A DNA stretch of 64,000 nt from Blepharisma stoltei ATCC 30299 (taxonomy: Eukaryota; Protista; Ciliophora): contig CBFDEM010000039.1 in NCBI GenBank assembly GCA_965603825.1, forward strand, positions 558,001 to 622,000, given 5' to 3'. Each line of letters starts with the position of its first letter. Positions within the stretch are counted from its first letter, which is position 1. A model generated the notes under the pieces. That model was not told the origin of the DNA and did not search any database. It worked only from the letters and a program-made list of their open reading frames with translations. This document shows, in pieces, positions 1-11,144 of the stretch. The position numbers were made by a program, and so were the translations under genes.

Positions 1-273
1 GAAATCACCTCAGGATGCCCGCTTAGCTTAAAAATAGCTTTTAAGCAATTCCAGCTTGGAAAAAATCGTGATTTATTCCAAGCTATCGAATCTGAATACA
101 TCATTGATTGCAACTTAATTGTTCATAAAAATGAAAACTTTGCCAAAGGAGTTCAAGCAAAAATGGTAGAGAGAAATCAAGGCAAGCCAAGCTGGATACC
201 AGCAAGATTAGAGGAAGTCACAGAGAGTATAATTGAAGAGCACATGAGTATAATAAATCAGCTTCCAAATTAA
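1..273 (+). CDS. 3' end of 3-hydroxyisobutyryl-CoA hydrolase-like (crotonase/ECH_2) protein, copy 1 (partial)
   Basis: Frame 1 reads GCPLSLKIAFKQF...NENFAKGV...PSWIPARLEEVTE...PN*, matching the C-termini of the two downstream paralogues; TAA at 271-273. Confidence 0.85.
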   Translation, partial: EITSGCPLSLKIAFKQFQLGKNRDLFQAIESEYIIDCNLIVHKNENFAKGVQAKMVERNQGKPSWIPARLEEVTESIIEEHMSIINQLPN

Positions 274-489
274 TGCTATTGTTTTTTAGTTATGTTAAGT
301 TAAGCTCTGCCTAGAGTAGCTGCAAAGGAGCTCTTATGATATTTTAATGGATCATTTAACAATATAAAAAAGTCAATTTTGAATTTCGCTAATGATCAAT
401 AATTAATTAGCGAATTATGTTACTTCTTAATTATTTTTCATTATTTAAAAAAAATCCTAAAATTCACATATAAGCGGCTAAATCATAAA

Positions 490-1500
490 ATGTCAAGGGT
501 AATCCTAAAAGAATCCTCCAAAAACTTTTGCAAATTATTTTTCAACCGTCCTCAAGAGCATAATTCTCTTAACTGAGAAATGAACCGAGCTTTAAATTCT
601 GACCTTTCTGAAGCAGCCTCTTTAAATCAAAAAATTATTTTTTCATCGACATCTGATAAATGCTTCCATACAGGAGGCGACGTGGTCTCTATTTTGCATC
701 AATATCAATCATTCCCTGAATTTGGGCCACTTGCATATGATTCTTTGAGGAAAATATATGAATACCCTGAAGAGACATTAAGCATATGGCGTGGATCTTT
801 AATGGGTTATGGCATAGGGATTGCGATGGCTTGCAAGTTTAAGCTTGCTTTTGAAAATACTTTTTGGTGTATGCCAGAGCACAGGATTGGGATAGTCCCA
901 GATGCGGGGACTTCTTATTATCTTTCTCATTTAGAAGATCAAGCTTTTGGTCTGTTTTTGTTTTTGACGTGTAAAACAATAACAGGGGTAGATTGCTATT
1001 ATTCAGGGATATCTTCACATTATATGGAGCTTGAAAATTTACAAAATTTCCTCAATGATATTGAAATTGAAAACAGCATAAAAAAGCCTATTGAAAAATA
1101 CTCAAATATCCCTAGCAAAGAAGATTGTGAATATTTGTGGTATAAAGATGAAATAAAAGCTGCATTTGGAAATCCTGAATCTATTGAAGATATTATTGAA
1201 AAGCTCGAAAATATTAATAGTGGATTTAGCTTAGCAGCTGCAGATGATTTAAGAAATAGCTGCCCTTTGACACTAAAAATTGCGTTTAAAGTATTTAATT
1301 TAGCAAAAAATAAAAGTTTTAACGAAGCTTTAGAAACAGAAAAAATTGTTGACGCAAATTTATTTTGCTATAAAAATGAAAATTATGTCAAATCAGTCAC
1401 GTCTAGATTGATTAATAAATCAAAAGAAAGAATTGAATGAAATCCTAGTTCGCTTGGCAGTGTTACTGAAGAAATGATTCAGGATTATTTAAAAATATAA
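490..1500 (+). CDS. HIBCH-like enoyl-CoA hydratase/hydrolase family protein, copy 2 (336 aa with TGA=Trp)
   Basis: ATG 490 (MSRVILKE..LFFNRP); in-frame TGA at 574 and 1438, the latter aligning with TGG in both paralogues; motifs FHTGGD, MPEHRIGIVPDAG, CPLTLK; stop TAA 1498-1500. Confidence 0.88.
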
Positions 1501-1556
1501 CGTTATTTATAAATCAATAAAATTAATACTAAAATTTATAATTCATAATAAAATAA

Positions 1557-2579
1557 ATGTCAAGTATCTTGCTAAAAGAAGTCCACGGAAATATCTGCAA
1601 GCTTCTTTTTAACAACTCCAAGCGCTTTAACTCAATAGACTGAGAACTAGGGACAATCTTATCACAAGAAATCAAAGAAGCAGAATCAAATCGTCAAAAA
1701 ATCGTATTTTTCTCTACCCTGGAAAAGGCTTTTCAATCTGGCGGAAATTTATTTTACATGCTGGAAAACTGCAAAGATGTGGCTACATTTGGAAATTTAT
1801 TTTATGGCTCAGTTAAAACCTTATTCAATTATCCATATGAAACCTTAAGTATTTTGCGAGGACATACTATAGGTTATGGAGTTGGGTTAGCAATGTCATG
1901 TGATTATTTAGTTTCTTTACCAAGTACATTATGAAGCATGCCTGAGCATTTAATAGGGAGCGTCCCTAATACAGGCACGTCTTATTTTCTGTCTCATATT
2001 GAAGATGATGCTTATGGGCTTTATTTATTTTTGACTAATAAAAGAATTTCAGGCGAAGATTGTTATTTTTCAGGAATTTCTTCACATTATATGGAATCTG
2101 AGAGATTATCTGAATTTTGGACAGATTTAAATACGGCTGAGTCTATAAAAGAATCAATAGAAAAATTCTCTTCTATCCCTGATAGAGAAAAGTCTAGATA
2201 TTTAAGCCATAAAGATGAAATAAATGAAGCCTTCAAAAACCCAGGGTCTATTGAAGAAATTATAGAAAAACTCCACAAAATCAAGACTGGCTTCGCCAAA
2301 GAAACCTTAAATGATATAAAAGCTTCTTGTCCTTTGACCTTAAAAATAGCCCTCAAGCAATTCAAAAATGGCAAAAATATGCCATTTTTGGACGCGATCG
2401 ACCTAGAAGCTATCATAGACTGCAACATTTTATACCACAAAAATGAAAATTTCAAAATAGGTGTCAAACACAAAATGAAAGAAAAAAGCAATAATATTGC
2501 TCCTTGGAGCCCCAGAACCCTTGAAGAAGTAACAGAAGAAATGGTCGATTATTATTTTATAGATCATAATGATGATTAA
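1557..2579 (+). CDS. HIBCH-like enoyl-CoA hydratase/hydrolase family protein, copy 3 (340 aa)
   Basis: ATG 1557 is in frame with track ORF 1938-2579 through TGA codons (STL-TGA-SMPEH aligns with NTFWCMPEH of copy 2); colinear with copy 2. Confidence 0.88.
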
Positions 2580-4142
2580 TTATCTCTTAAAAGTTTTAAT
2601 ATAGCTAACTGCAGCACCCAACCAGCTTTGGGCGTGCTCAATAACTCCATCTAAATACCCATATCTCCACAGCGCAATGGTAGCCGCTATAACGGCCGCA
2701 ATTTTTAAATTATGAGTCACTTTATTGACTGTGCTACCCATCAACACGTTCATTCTTTGGAAGGATTTTACCTTTCCTGGGGTATATGGAGGGTATCTTA
2801 ATGTGACTGGATAACCATTAAAGCCTTGGCTTTCTAGAACTCCTTTGAGATGGCTCATAGACCTGAATCCTTCAACTCCAAAATAGTTGCCACTTCCAGA
2901 TTCTCCGACCCCTCCAAATGGGATTGTTTGACAAGCATAATTAAATGCAGACTCGTTCCAGCAGAAATTGCCTGAGCTGGTTTCGTTTCTGAGTCTTTCC
3001 ATGTGTTCGTTGCTTCTGCCGTAGTAGTAAACTGATAATGGTTTTTCTCTTTCATTGATAAAGTCTATTGCTTCTTGCAAGTCTGAGTATGGGTAAACTA
3101 AAAGGACAGGCCCAAAGATTTCTTCTTTAGCAATTTCGGAATCCTCATTAGGATTCAAAATGATAGTAGGCGCAATATATTTTTCTGCTATATCAGAATC
3201 GCCACCAACTATTATCTTCCCTCCGTGGTTTGCTGTAATCAGATTCAAAATCCTTCTTGTATGGAACTCATTGATGATTCTTCCTAAATCTTTGCTATTT
3301 TTAGGGTCTGCGCCATAAAATTGTCTGATATAGTGCTGAGCTCGATCAAGAAAGTTTTCAAGAATGTCTTTATGAACCAAAGCAAATTCAGGGGATAAGC
3401 AAACTTGTCCAGCATTTAAAAATCGGGTTTGGACAATTCTCATAGCAGTCATTTCTAGGTCGACGTTTTTGTCTACCACAACAGGATTTTTGCCTCCAAG
3501 CTCTAGAATTGTAGGGGTTAAATGCTTAGCTGCTGCTTGTGCTACAATTTTTCCTTTCTGAGGAGATCCTGTGAACACAATTAAATCCCATCTTGCTTGA
3601 GTTAATGCAATAGCAATTTCTGGGCCTCCTTCTAGGCATTGGACATATTTTGGATCCATCCTGCTCAGAATTGCTTTCATTACTCTCGAGGTATTTGGAG
3701 AAAGTTCTGATGGTTTTACACATACTACATTTCCAGCTGCAATAGCTTGAATTACAGGGTGTAAGGTTGTAGCGAATGGGAAATTCCAAGCTCCCATAAT
3801 TAAAGTAAGTCCATATGGTTCTTTAACAACTTTTGCTTTTCCTGGAGATAACAATAATGGGATGTCGAAATCTTCTGGAGCCATCCAAGTCTTCAAGTTT
3901 TCAAGATGATAATCAATGTTCCCGATCAGTCCATCTATTTCTGTTAAATGTGACATATGCTCGTTTCTCCCTATATCAGCTAACAAGCTATCTGCCATTT
4001 CTCTAGTGCTTGATGCAATACTTCTCCTTAAATCACGAAGCAGTTTTACACGTGTTGAGTATGCTTTGGATTGTCCTGAAGAGAAACCTTGTTTTAAGGA
4101 TTTTTGAGCCTCACCAACGATTGCTGCAGCACCACTTTCCAT
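2580..4142 (-). CDS. Aldehyde dehydrogenase family 3 (fatty aldehyde dehydrogenase-like) with C-terminal hydrophobic anchor
   Basis: AWNFP, KPSELSP, FTGS, LELGGKNP, NAGQVC (catalytic Cys), EEIFGP, PFGGVGESG, RYPPY. Confidence 0.93.
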   Translation of the reverse strand: MESGAAAIVGEAQKSLKQGFSSGQSKAYSTRVKLLRDLRRSIASSTREMADSLLADIGRNEHMSHLTEIDGLIGNIDYHLENLKTWMAPEDFDIPLLLSPGKAKVVKEPYGLTLIMGAWNFPFATTLHPVIQAIAAGNVVCVKPSELSPNTSRVMKAILSRMDPKYVQCLEGGPEIAIALTQARWDLIVFTGSPQKGKIVAQAAAKHLTPTILELGGKNPVVVDKNVDLEMTAMRIVQTRFLNAGQVCLSPEFALVHKDILENFLDRAQHYIRQFYGADPKNSKDLGRIINEFHTRRILNLITANHGGKIIVGGDSDIAEKYIAPTIILNPNEDSEIAKEEIFGPVLLVYPYSDLQEAIDFINEREKPLSVYYYGRSNEHMERLRNETSSGNFCWNESAFNYACQTIPFGGVGESGSGNYFGVEGFRSMSHLKGVLESQGFNGYPVTLRYPPYTPGKVKSFQRMNVLMGSTVNKVTHNLKIAAVIAATIALWRYGYLDGVIEHAQSWLGAAVSYIKTFKR

Positions 4143-4221
4143 AATTATAACAAATGACGCAACCAGAAAAATATGGATAAGGAATGTTATGTGTGGTTTT
4201 AGAGTTTAGTTAGATTTAGGG

Positions 4222-4830
4222 TTATTCTCTATGACGCTTAGGGGATGAAGAACGGTCAGGAGACTCTGGCTTTGTGGCTTCAGCCTTGGAGGGTTGAAGA
4301 AAACACCAAAAAATGGCTAATAAAGGAACTGCCCATACAGAATGATAATAAATAGGGAGCTGAGACATATATTCGCTAGCTTTTTCAACAAAAGAGATAG
4401 GCTGAGGCACTGGCTTGTGTGGGAATTCCTTATAGCTTTGAGTTTTCAGCATGTTTAAGAAAAAGTCTTCATTTTCTTTTCTAACAATATTATAAACTAC
4501 TCCTTGTCTAAACAGCAGAAAAGTTGGAAACTCTGATATCTCAAATCTCTTTAAAAGCTCTGTGTTTTCTACAGAGTTTACCTTTGCGATGTTCACAGTC
4601 AAATCTTGATCTTTTTTCACTTTTTCGGCCAAAATCTTCCATTCGTCCAAAAATTTTCCACAGCAGCTCGGCCTGTAAAATAAAACCAGTCAGTCCCCAG
4701 TTGTCGCGCCTGTAGAAGCTTGGGTTTCATGTTCGAAATTTTCATCTGTAAGATCAATTGACACGTCATGGAAGCCTTTTTCTATACTTCCCAGCACAAA
4801 AGTCAATAATAGCCCTACCCAAATTTTCAT
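4222..4830 (-). CDS. Signal peptide + thioredoxin-fold + C-terminal TM protein (TMX/PDI-like, atypical active site), 202 aa
   Basis: ATG 4830: MKIWVGLLLTFVLG...LTDENFEHETQASTGATTGD(TGA=W)LVLFYRPSCCGK...AKVN...RFEISEFPTFLLF; hydrophobic segment near the C-terminus. Confidence 0.85.
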
Positions 4831-4848
4831 TATATATAATTAAGATAA

Positions 4849-6396
4849 TTAAAATTTATGAGTCTCACTAAAAAATCGTGACCTCGTCTTACGCAGTGGG
4901 GTAATTTGTTCTTTATTTGGGTTTATCCATTGATGAGACAAGGCTTCTTCTGCAGTAATTCGGTCTTGAGGGTCCCAAGTTAAGCATCTTTCAATAAAAG
5001 AAGAAAAATCTGAGTCAGCGCCTTCAAGGATTTGTAGTAAAGTCCGAGGTGAAGGACAGTAGCTTCTTTTGTTTTCTTTTACCCTGATTAGCTTGTAATC
5101 TGGGGTAAAATAAATGTTTTTTCGGGAGCAGCTGCGGAGGAAACTTACAGAAGGCAGCCCAATTGCGATAACAATTCTTCGTAAGAGGTCTTGCTCGTTC
5201 TCGCATGGGAAGAGAGGGGTGCCTTGATAGAGCTCGACTAGCATGCAGCCTAATGACCATATGTCGATTTTGCAGTTGTATTTGCGGCCTAAGACAACTT
5301 CAGGGGATCTGTAAATTCGGCTTTGCACATATGTGTGAAAAACTAAATTTTTTTCACAGGCATTACCAAAATCAATTATTTTTATACTTGATTTTCCTTC
5401 TTGCTTTAGAAGCACATTTTCAGGCTTAATATCACAATGAATTAGTCCTTGTGAATGGATATGCTTTAATGCAATCAGTAATTGTATAGCAATTCTTTTA
5501 AGTAAAGTCATACTTACCCCTTGGAAGCTGTTTTTCCTCAAAAATTGGTATAAATTAATGCTAAAGAGCTCTGTAACTATGCAAAAATACCCTCGAAACA
5601 TAAATCTCTCCTTCATCCTTATAATGTTTTTTGAGTCTTCTGGGTCTGCTCTCTGTAAAATTTCTAAAAATTTTGCTTCAGATTCTCCTTGTTTCTGGTG
5701 CTTGGGATTTTTTTTCATGATCTTTATAGCGACTGGCTCATCTAATTTGTGATCGAAGCACTTCAGGACTCTTCCAAAAGTTCCGCTTCCTAGATATTCT
5801 AAAATTTCATATCGATATTTTACGTGGTCGCCTATAATAACGTCAAAATCTTCTCTTGCGATTGGGTTGTACTTGGATTTTGAGTATTTTGCATTAAAAT
5901 AATAAACTGTGCCATATCCTATAATTTCTCGTTTTTCCGCTTCAGAAATTCCATTTGCAAACTCTTTTAAAAACTGCTCTGAATTAAGCGGAAAAATCGG
6001 ATTTTTTTCTTCAGTCAAAAAAGTGCGTCTTCCGATTGTCCGCGATGGTGATACGCTTGAAGCTCTTTGTGTTAGCATAGAAGGTGGCTCAATTTTTTTA
6101 AAAAGTGTTTTTTTCAATGAAATGCATTCATTTGCAGGGGAAAGTGGGATTCTTGACATATATTTGCGATGAGTTGGCTGGGTGTTGTAATTCTCGATAT
6201 TGTGCTTTATATCAATTTCTAGCTTTTTTGGTTTGATATAGGCATCTTTTAAAGGGGAATTTTCGACTGTTTTTGTGTATCGATCATTCATTTTTGTCTT
6301 AGGCGTGTTTTCAATATCTTTAAAAACGACGAGATCTCCTGAGTCTTCTAATGAAATTCCGTTAAACTTCTTTGGGCTTGAAAAATTTAGATCCAT
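4849..6396 (-). CDS. DYRK-family (DYRK2-like) dual-specificity protein kinase
   Basis: GDHVKYRYE, GSGTFG, HCDIKPEN, DFG, TYVQSRIYRSPE. Confidence 0.92.
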   Translation of the reverse strand: MDLNFSSPKKFNGISLEDSGDLVVFKDIENTPKTKMNDRYTKTVENSPLKDAYIKPKKLEIDIKHNIENYNTQPTHRKYMSRIPLSPANECISLKKTLFKKIEPPSMLTQRASSVSPSRTIGRRTFLTEEKNPIFPLNSEQFLKEFANGISEAEKREIIGYGTVYYFNAKYSKSKYNPIAREDFDVIIGDHVKYRYEILEYLGSGTFGRVLKCFDHKLDEPVAIKIMKKNPKHQKQGESEAKFLEILQRADPEDSKNIIRMKERFMFRGYFCIVTELFSINLYQFLRKNSFQGVSMTLLKRIAIQLLIALKHIHSQGLIHCDIKPENVLLKQEGKSSIKIIDFGNACEKNLVFHTYVQSRIYRSPEVVLGRKYNCKIDIWSLGCMLVELYQGTPLFPCENEQDLLRRIVIAIGLPSVSFLRSCSRKNIYFTPDYKLIRVKENKRSYCPSPRTLLQILEGADSDFSSFIERCLTWDPQDRITAEEALSHQWINPNKEQITPLRKTRSRFFSETHKF

Positions 6397-6632
6397 ATTT
6401 ATAACAGCATTTTATGCAAGTTATTGAAATAAAGTGCCTAGAAAAGAAACAAAAAGCACATTTGCATTTATTAATGTCATATCATACTTAATTGCCTTAT
6501 TTAACAGTCAAAAATATTTTTCATGGCATTTTTAATAAATTAATTTTTGTAATAATTATTTATCCTAAACAAATTATTCACTTAAATTTGACACAAAATT
6601 GTATAATAATCCATTTATATTATTATAATCAG

Positions 6633-7475
6633 CTAATAAGTTATCGTAACTTGTGGTAGCTCATTAATAAACTTTGCTCTAATGTCCTCATCTATATGGT
6701 TTCCAGTCAAATTTACAACCATTTTCTTGCCTTTCAGTGCATCGATAAACTCGTTTTGACTATCGCCTGTAATAAAATTAAATGCCATCCCCAAAACTTC
6801 AAGATTTTGCATCTCTTTTAAGCATCCTGAAAGGTCAATTAGACCTTTGTTTTGGATATCATTTTCGTCCAGGCCTAATTTTTTTAATGATTTTACATTT
6901 TTTAATGCTTTTCCAATAAATGCAGCTCCTTCAGGTCCAATTGCGTTGATGTGAAGCCATAATTCTTCAAGTGATGTCATTTCGTATAAAGCTTGGGCTA
7001 AGTAGCAGCATCCTTCTGTTTTCATAGCATTATCTTCTAATGAAAGGATCTGAAGACCTTTCAGTAAAGGCAGTGCGGTGGACAAAATTTTAACTCCTGC
7101 AGCCCCAAGCTGGGTTTTCCAAAGCTTTAGGATTCTTACTCTGCCGGCAAAAGGCAGCAAGTGGCTTAAATGCTGGGCCCCTGTAGTCCCTAAGTTTGAA
7201 AAACTTAAATTAATTTGGTCAATTCCAAGTTTTTGTTCATAAATTGCTTTTGTATAAAGGCCGATCAGTTTACGATTCATTTCGCATTCCTTGGTGTCAA
7301 AAATCTTTTGGAGCGGATGCACTTGATATTCATGATTATCTGTATTTGGATTAGAAGCAGTCTTAGCCAGACGGTCAAGCGCTGCTTCAACATCTGATTT
7401 GCCTGGAGCTGTGCTACTGGGGAGGGGTTTTTGTGTTTTTGGGCGTGATAAACTTGTGCAACAGCCTGCTCCCAT
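6633..7475 (-). CDS. RNI-like leucine-rich-repeat protein with probable N-myristoylation/palmitoylation (MGAGCC)
   Basis: Repeated ~28-aa LxxLxLxxNxIxxxG units; N-terminal MGxxCC. Confidence 0.85.
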   Translation of the reverse strand: MGAGCCTSLSRPKTQKPLPSSTAPGKSDVEAALDRLAKTASNPNTDNHEYQVHPLQKIFDTKECEMNRKLIGLYTKAIYEQKLGIDQINLSFSNLGTTGAQHLSHLLPFAGRVRILKLWKTQLGAAGVKILSTALPLLKGLQILSLEDNAMKTEGCCYLAQALYEMTSLEELWLHINAIGPEGAAFIGKALKNVKSLKKLGLDENDIQNKGLIDLSGCLKEMQNLEVLGMAFNFITGDSQNEFIDALKGKKMVVNLTGNHIDEDIRAKFINELPQVTITY

Positions 7476-7899
7476 GATATTAGTGATTATAAATAGAAGT
7501 ATTTAATGGAAAGATATTTAATTGACCATTATAATGAATGAGAAAGATATGGGAGAAGGATAATGAATTTTTAAATATGAGCGATGAAGAGGGTTTGAGA
7601 AAAAAATTATAAAACAGTTAAGAAGATAGCAGCTTTAAAGAATATTTATTCATTTTATCTTATTAACGATTGGCAAGTACTCTATTAAAACGTCCATTTT
7701 TAAATATTTAATTATTTATTAAAAGGAATTAATTTTATTTTGATAAATTTTTGCTTATAAAGAAATATGGATTTGTAGAAAAATAGATTATTTAACCTCG
7801 AAAATTTCAAATGATTTTACTATTTTAATAACTTTATGGCCGAAAAACCAATGGATTATCGTGCTTTTAATTTTAATTCGAAATTCAAATGAAGAATTA

Positions 7900-9408
7900 T
7901 TAATTTTGATTAATAGATTCCTCAACCCATAAGTCTTGCCTTCCAATAGCAATTAGTGCATTTCTAATAATGCTCCTTGCAACTTCTTGGTTATTAAAAG
8001 GACCACAAAGTCTAAAATGTGCTGGTAAAAAAGGCCCTTCCCACAAAGCCCTATACAAGCTATCGCTCTTATCAAGCTCAGGAAGAGCCCCAATTTCTTT
8101 TGCAATACTATCCGCAAAAGATACATAGTCTGGATGAGGAAATTGAGGAGCTGGATTCATATTTTTTATTGCAATTTCTTCTTGGATTCCTTTTTGCAAG
8201 GCTTCTTGGTCAGGTGAAGGGACAATTCCTGCAAATACCAAAGTTGCCCATCTTGCTTGAAGCTCCATAATTCCATAATAAGGCCCTCTATAAATCCCAG
8301 CAAATGCTATTGTTTTATCATAAGTTGAAAAAGTGCATTTATGAAGTAATACTGGCTGCAGCAAGTTTTGAGGATCATAGCCAATTGCAGATTTTATTTC
8401 ATCTGCTAAGAAGTCAAGCTTAGGCTCAAAGCCTGTGCAAAATACAGCACAATCACAATCAACGTGCTTAGTTTCTCCTTTTTCATTGATAATCATGCCA
8501 GTTTCATCAAACTCTAAAATATCTGCTTTATGGACGACTATTTTACCTCTTTCTATTTCTGGGACATATTCATCACTAATAATAATGAAGTTATTTTCCT
8601 CACTGTTCGGGTCTATATAAAGATCTGGACATACTTCTCCCTGTTTGCTTAAAAATCTATTGAGAAACTGATTTTTAGCTTGGTTGTTTTCTCTCTCACT
8701 CTTTGTTTTTTTCATCTCAGTCCAAGCTCTATTATATATCATTAAATCAATCCCTATATTATTAGGTGGTAAATGCCTTGGAGATATCCATACTGGATAT
8801 TTTATCACATTATGTACCTCTTCAGCCACTTTACAAATTTCTGCTGAAATTTCTGCCCCACTATACGATCCTCCAATGACGACCACTTTTTTCCCAGCAA
8901 ATTCATCATTTTCCCAATAATTATAACTGTGGCTTAAGCTTTTATTTTTTGAAAATTCTTCAAGACCTTTAATATTTGGGTAATGAGGAACTGCAAACAC
9001 CCCTGTTGTGATAATAATAAAATCGAATTCAGCCTCTTCCTCATTACTTTTAACAACCCACTTCTTTATTTTTTGAACACTTGTTATTTCTTTATTGAAA
9101 CGAATATATTGGCGTAAATTGAAGTGGTCTGCATAGTGGTGAAGGTATTGAAGCAATTCTTCATTGGTGGGGCATTGAGCGCTATATTGGTCCCATGGGA
9201 AGTCTGAAAAGGAACAGGTGAATTTAGAAAGATTGGCATTCATGTTTTTCCAAATACCTGTGTGACCTTTTCAAAGGCCGCCCAGATCTGATGATTTTTC
9301 ATATACTGTTGGAAATAGACCGACTTCTAATGCAGACTTACAAGCAGCTAGCCCACTAGGTCCTGCACCTATAATGGCGACTGACTGTGGAATTAATCCT
9401 TCTTCCAT
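7900..9408 (-). CDS. Flavin-containing monooxygenase (FMO-like), 502 aa
   Basis: ATG 9408; [11 protein letters not shown] (FAD), DLGGL(TGA=W) at 9271-9273, [16 protein letters not shown] (NADP), FCTGF, MELQARW. Confidence 0.92.
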
Positions 9409-9472
9409 TTATTATTAATTTAACTAATAAAAATACTACAAGGTATCTTCTTTTTTAGTCACCATCTCTTAT

Positions 9473-10489
9473 TTATATGTCACCATTTGTCCTATCGATC
9501 AGCGATTTTTCTTCAAAATTCAGAATTTCATCAATTCCATACCCATTATTTTTAATACTTGAAAAATGGTCTGCGATTTTATAATAATTGTCAAGCCCTA
9601 TCTCATTTATAGCTTGCTTGAGGCATTTTAAGGTTAAAAGCCTATGGAAATAATTCAAACAGCCCTCATCATTATCAGGCCATCTTTTGTCTATTTCATG
9701 GATCTGCGTAAAATGCATAGGACATCTTAGGTCATTAATGTTTCAGTCATAATTGTGGCCAACTATATCATCTCCTGGATAATCTTTATCACAATCTCCT
9801 TCTTTTTTGCCACAAAAATAGCATCATATAGTCTGACAAACTGGACAAGTCATATGAGTACAGTTTTCATCTTTTCTCCCAGAAAGTCCACATCCTGGAC
9901 AGCATCTTTTTTCTCCTTCTTCAATAGCCATATCAATTTTTTTCTTCAAAGGGTGCAATTCAACACAAGCTTGATGGTAGAAAAAAGCTTCTAGTGAGGC
10001 TTCATATTCCTTTTCTAAATTTGCCTCTTCTTCATAATCATTGATTTCCCTATTAGAAAATTCTTCATAATCAGGCAATTTAAAACTTTTATTACAATGA
10101 ATGCAAATAGTAGCTTTGCAAGAGGGCATTTTACAATAAAATAAGTCAGCTGTAGAGCTTTTGGCCCATATTTCGAAGTAATTGCATTTGGGGCATCATT
10201 TAAGTTCTTCGTCTTTGGCTGTGTTTGACCAGGCGATATATTGATTAAGGAAATCAAGGGAAAGCTGACGTTCGAAAACTAAAGGAGGAATTTCTAGCTT
10301 GCATTCAGGACATTTTGGGGGAAGATTTGCTTGAAAACCTCCAAAAATTCCTTCTACGTATAATATTGAGCAATCAGAACAGATGTTGTCGTTTTGGGGG
10401 CATTTTATGCCGATATGGTCTACTTCAAGCTCTTTATCGCAAATAATGCAGCTAATTTTTGGCTTGTTTTTAATTTCAGGCGCTTCCAT
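9473..10489 (-). CDS. RBR-type (RING1-IBR-RING2) E3 ubiquitin ligase, copy A (338 aa, intact)
   Basis: Three track ORFs join in one frame through TGA codons that align with TGG in copy B; RING2 motif CPGCG...RKDENCTHMTCPVC..WCYFC. Confidence 0.85.
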
Positions 10490-11144
10490 GCGCAATTTTA
10501 TGTATTTTTATAACTACTAGTTTTTTGGAATATGAAAAAATATATTCAATATCCCTTTATTGAATATTTTTTAGAACTTTATACAGATCATCCTTAAAAT
10601 TTCTGGACATACGCTTGATAATGCACAATTAAACTGCTTACTCTTGATTAATTTGATCTGAAATAGTAAGTGGATAATCTTAACAGGAAATTACTTTGGA
10701 ATAAATAAGGGAATTATGTAACTATATATCTTCAAAAAGATACCTAATAATGAGATTTTATTTCTTTAATTTCTGTGAGATACAAATGCATTCATCATTA
10801 TAAAGTTCATAGATAATTATAATTTCGCAATGCAAAAAAATATAGAAATCTTAGATAGCTTGACGCAAATCACAGAGAATAGTCATACAAAACTGCTAAT
10901 AATGATAAAGACTTTACACTTATTCCTGATAGATCTAGGCGGAAAATAAGTGCATCCTACATATTTGCATGAAAATATGGTAATAAAAAATATAGAAGGT
11001 ATGACTTAAGTGAGATGCCCATCTACTGAAAATATACCAGAAATATAACCAAAAGTAATGTATTTAAATATTTATATAAAATGACAAGCAATTAGCTTTT
11101 GTGAATATTATAATTAATAAATTAAGAGTCAAGAAATTATTTTT

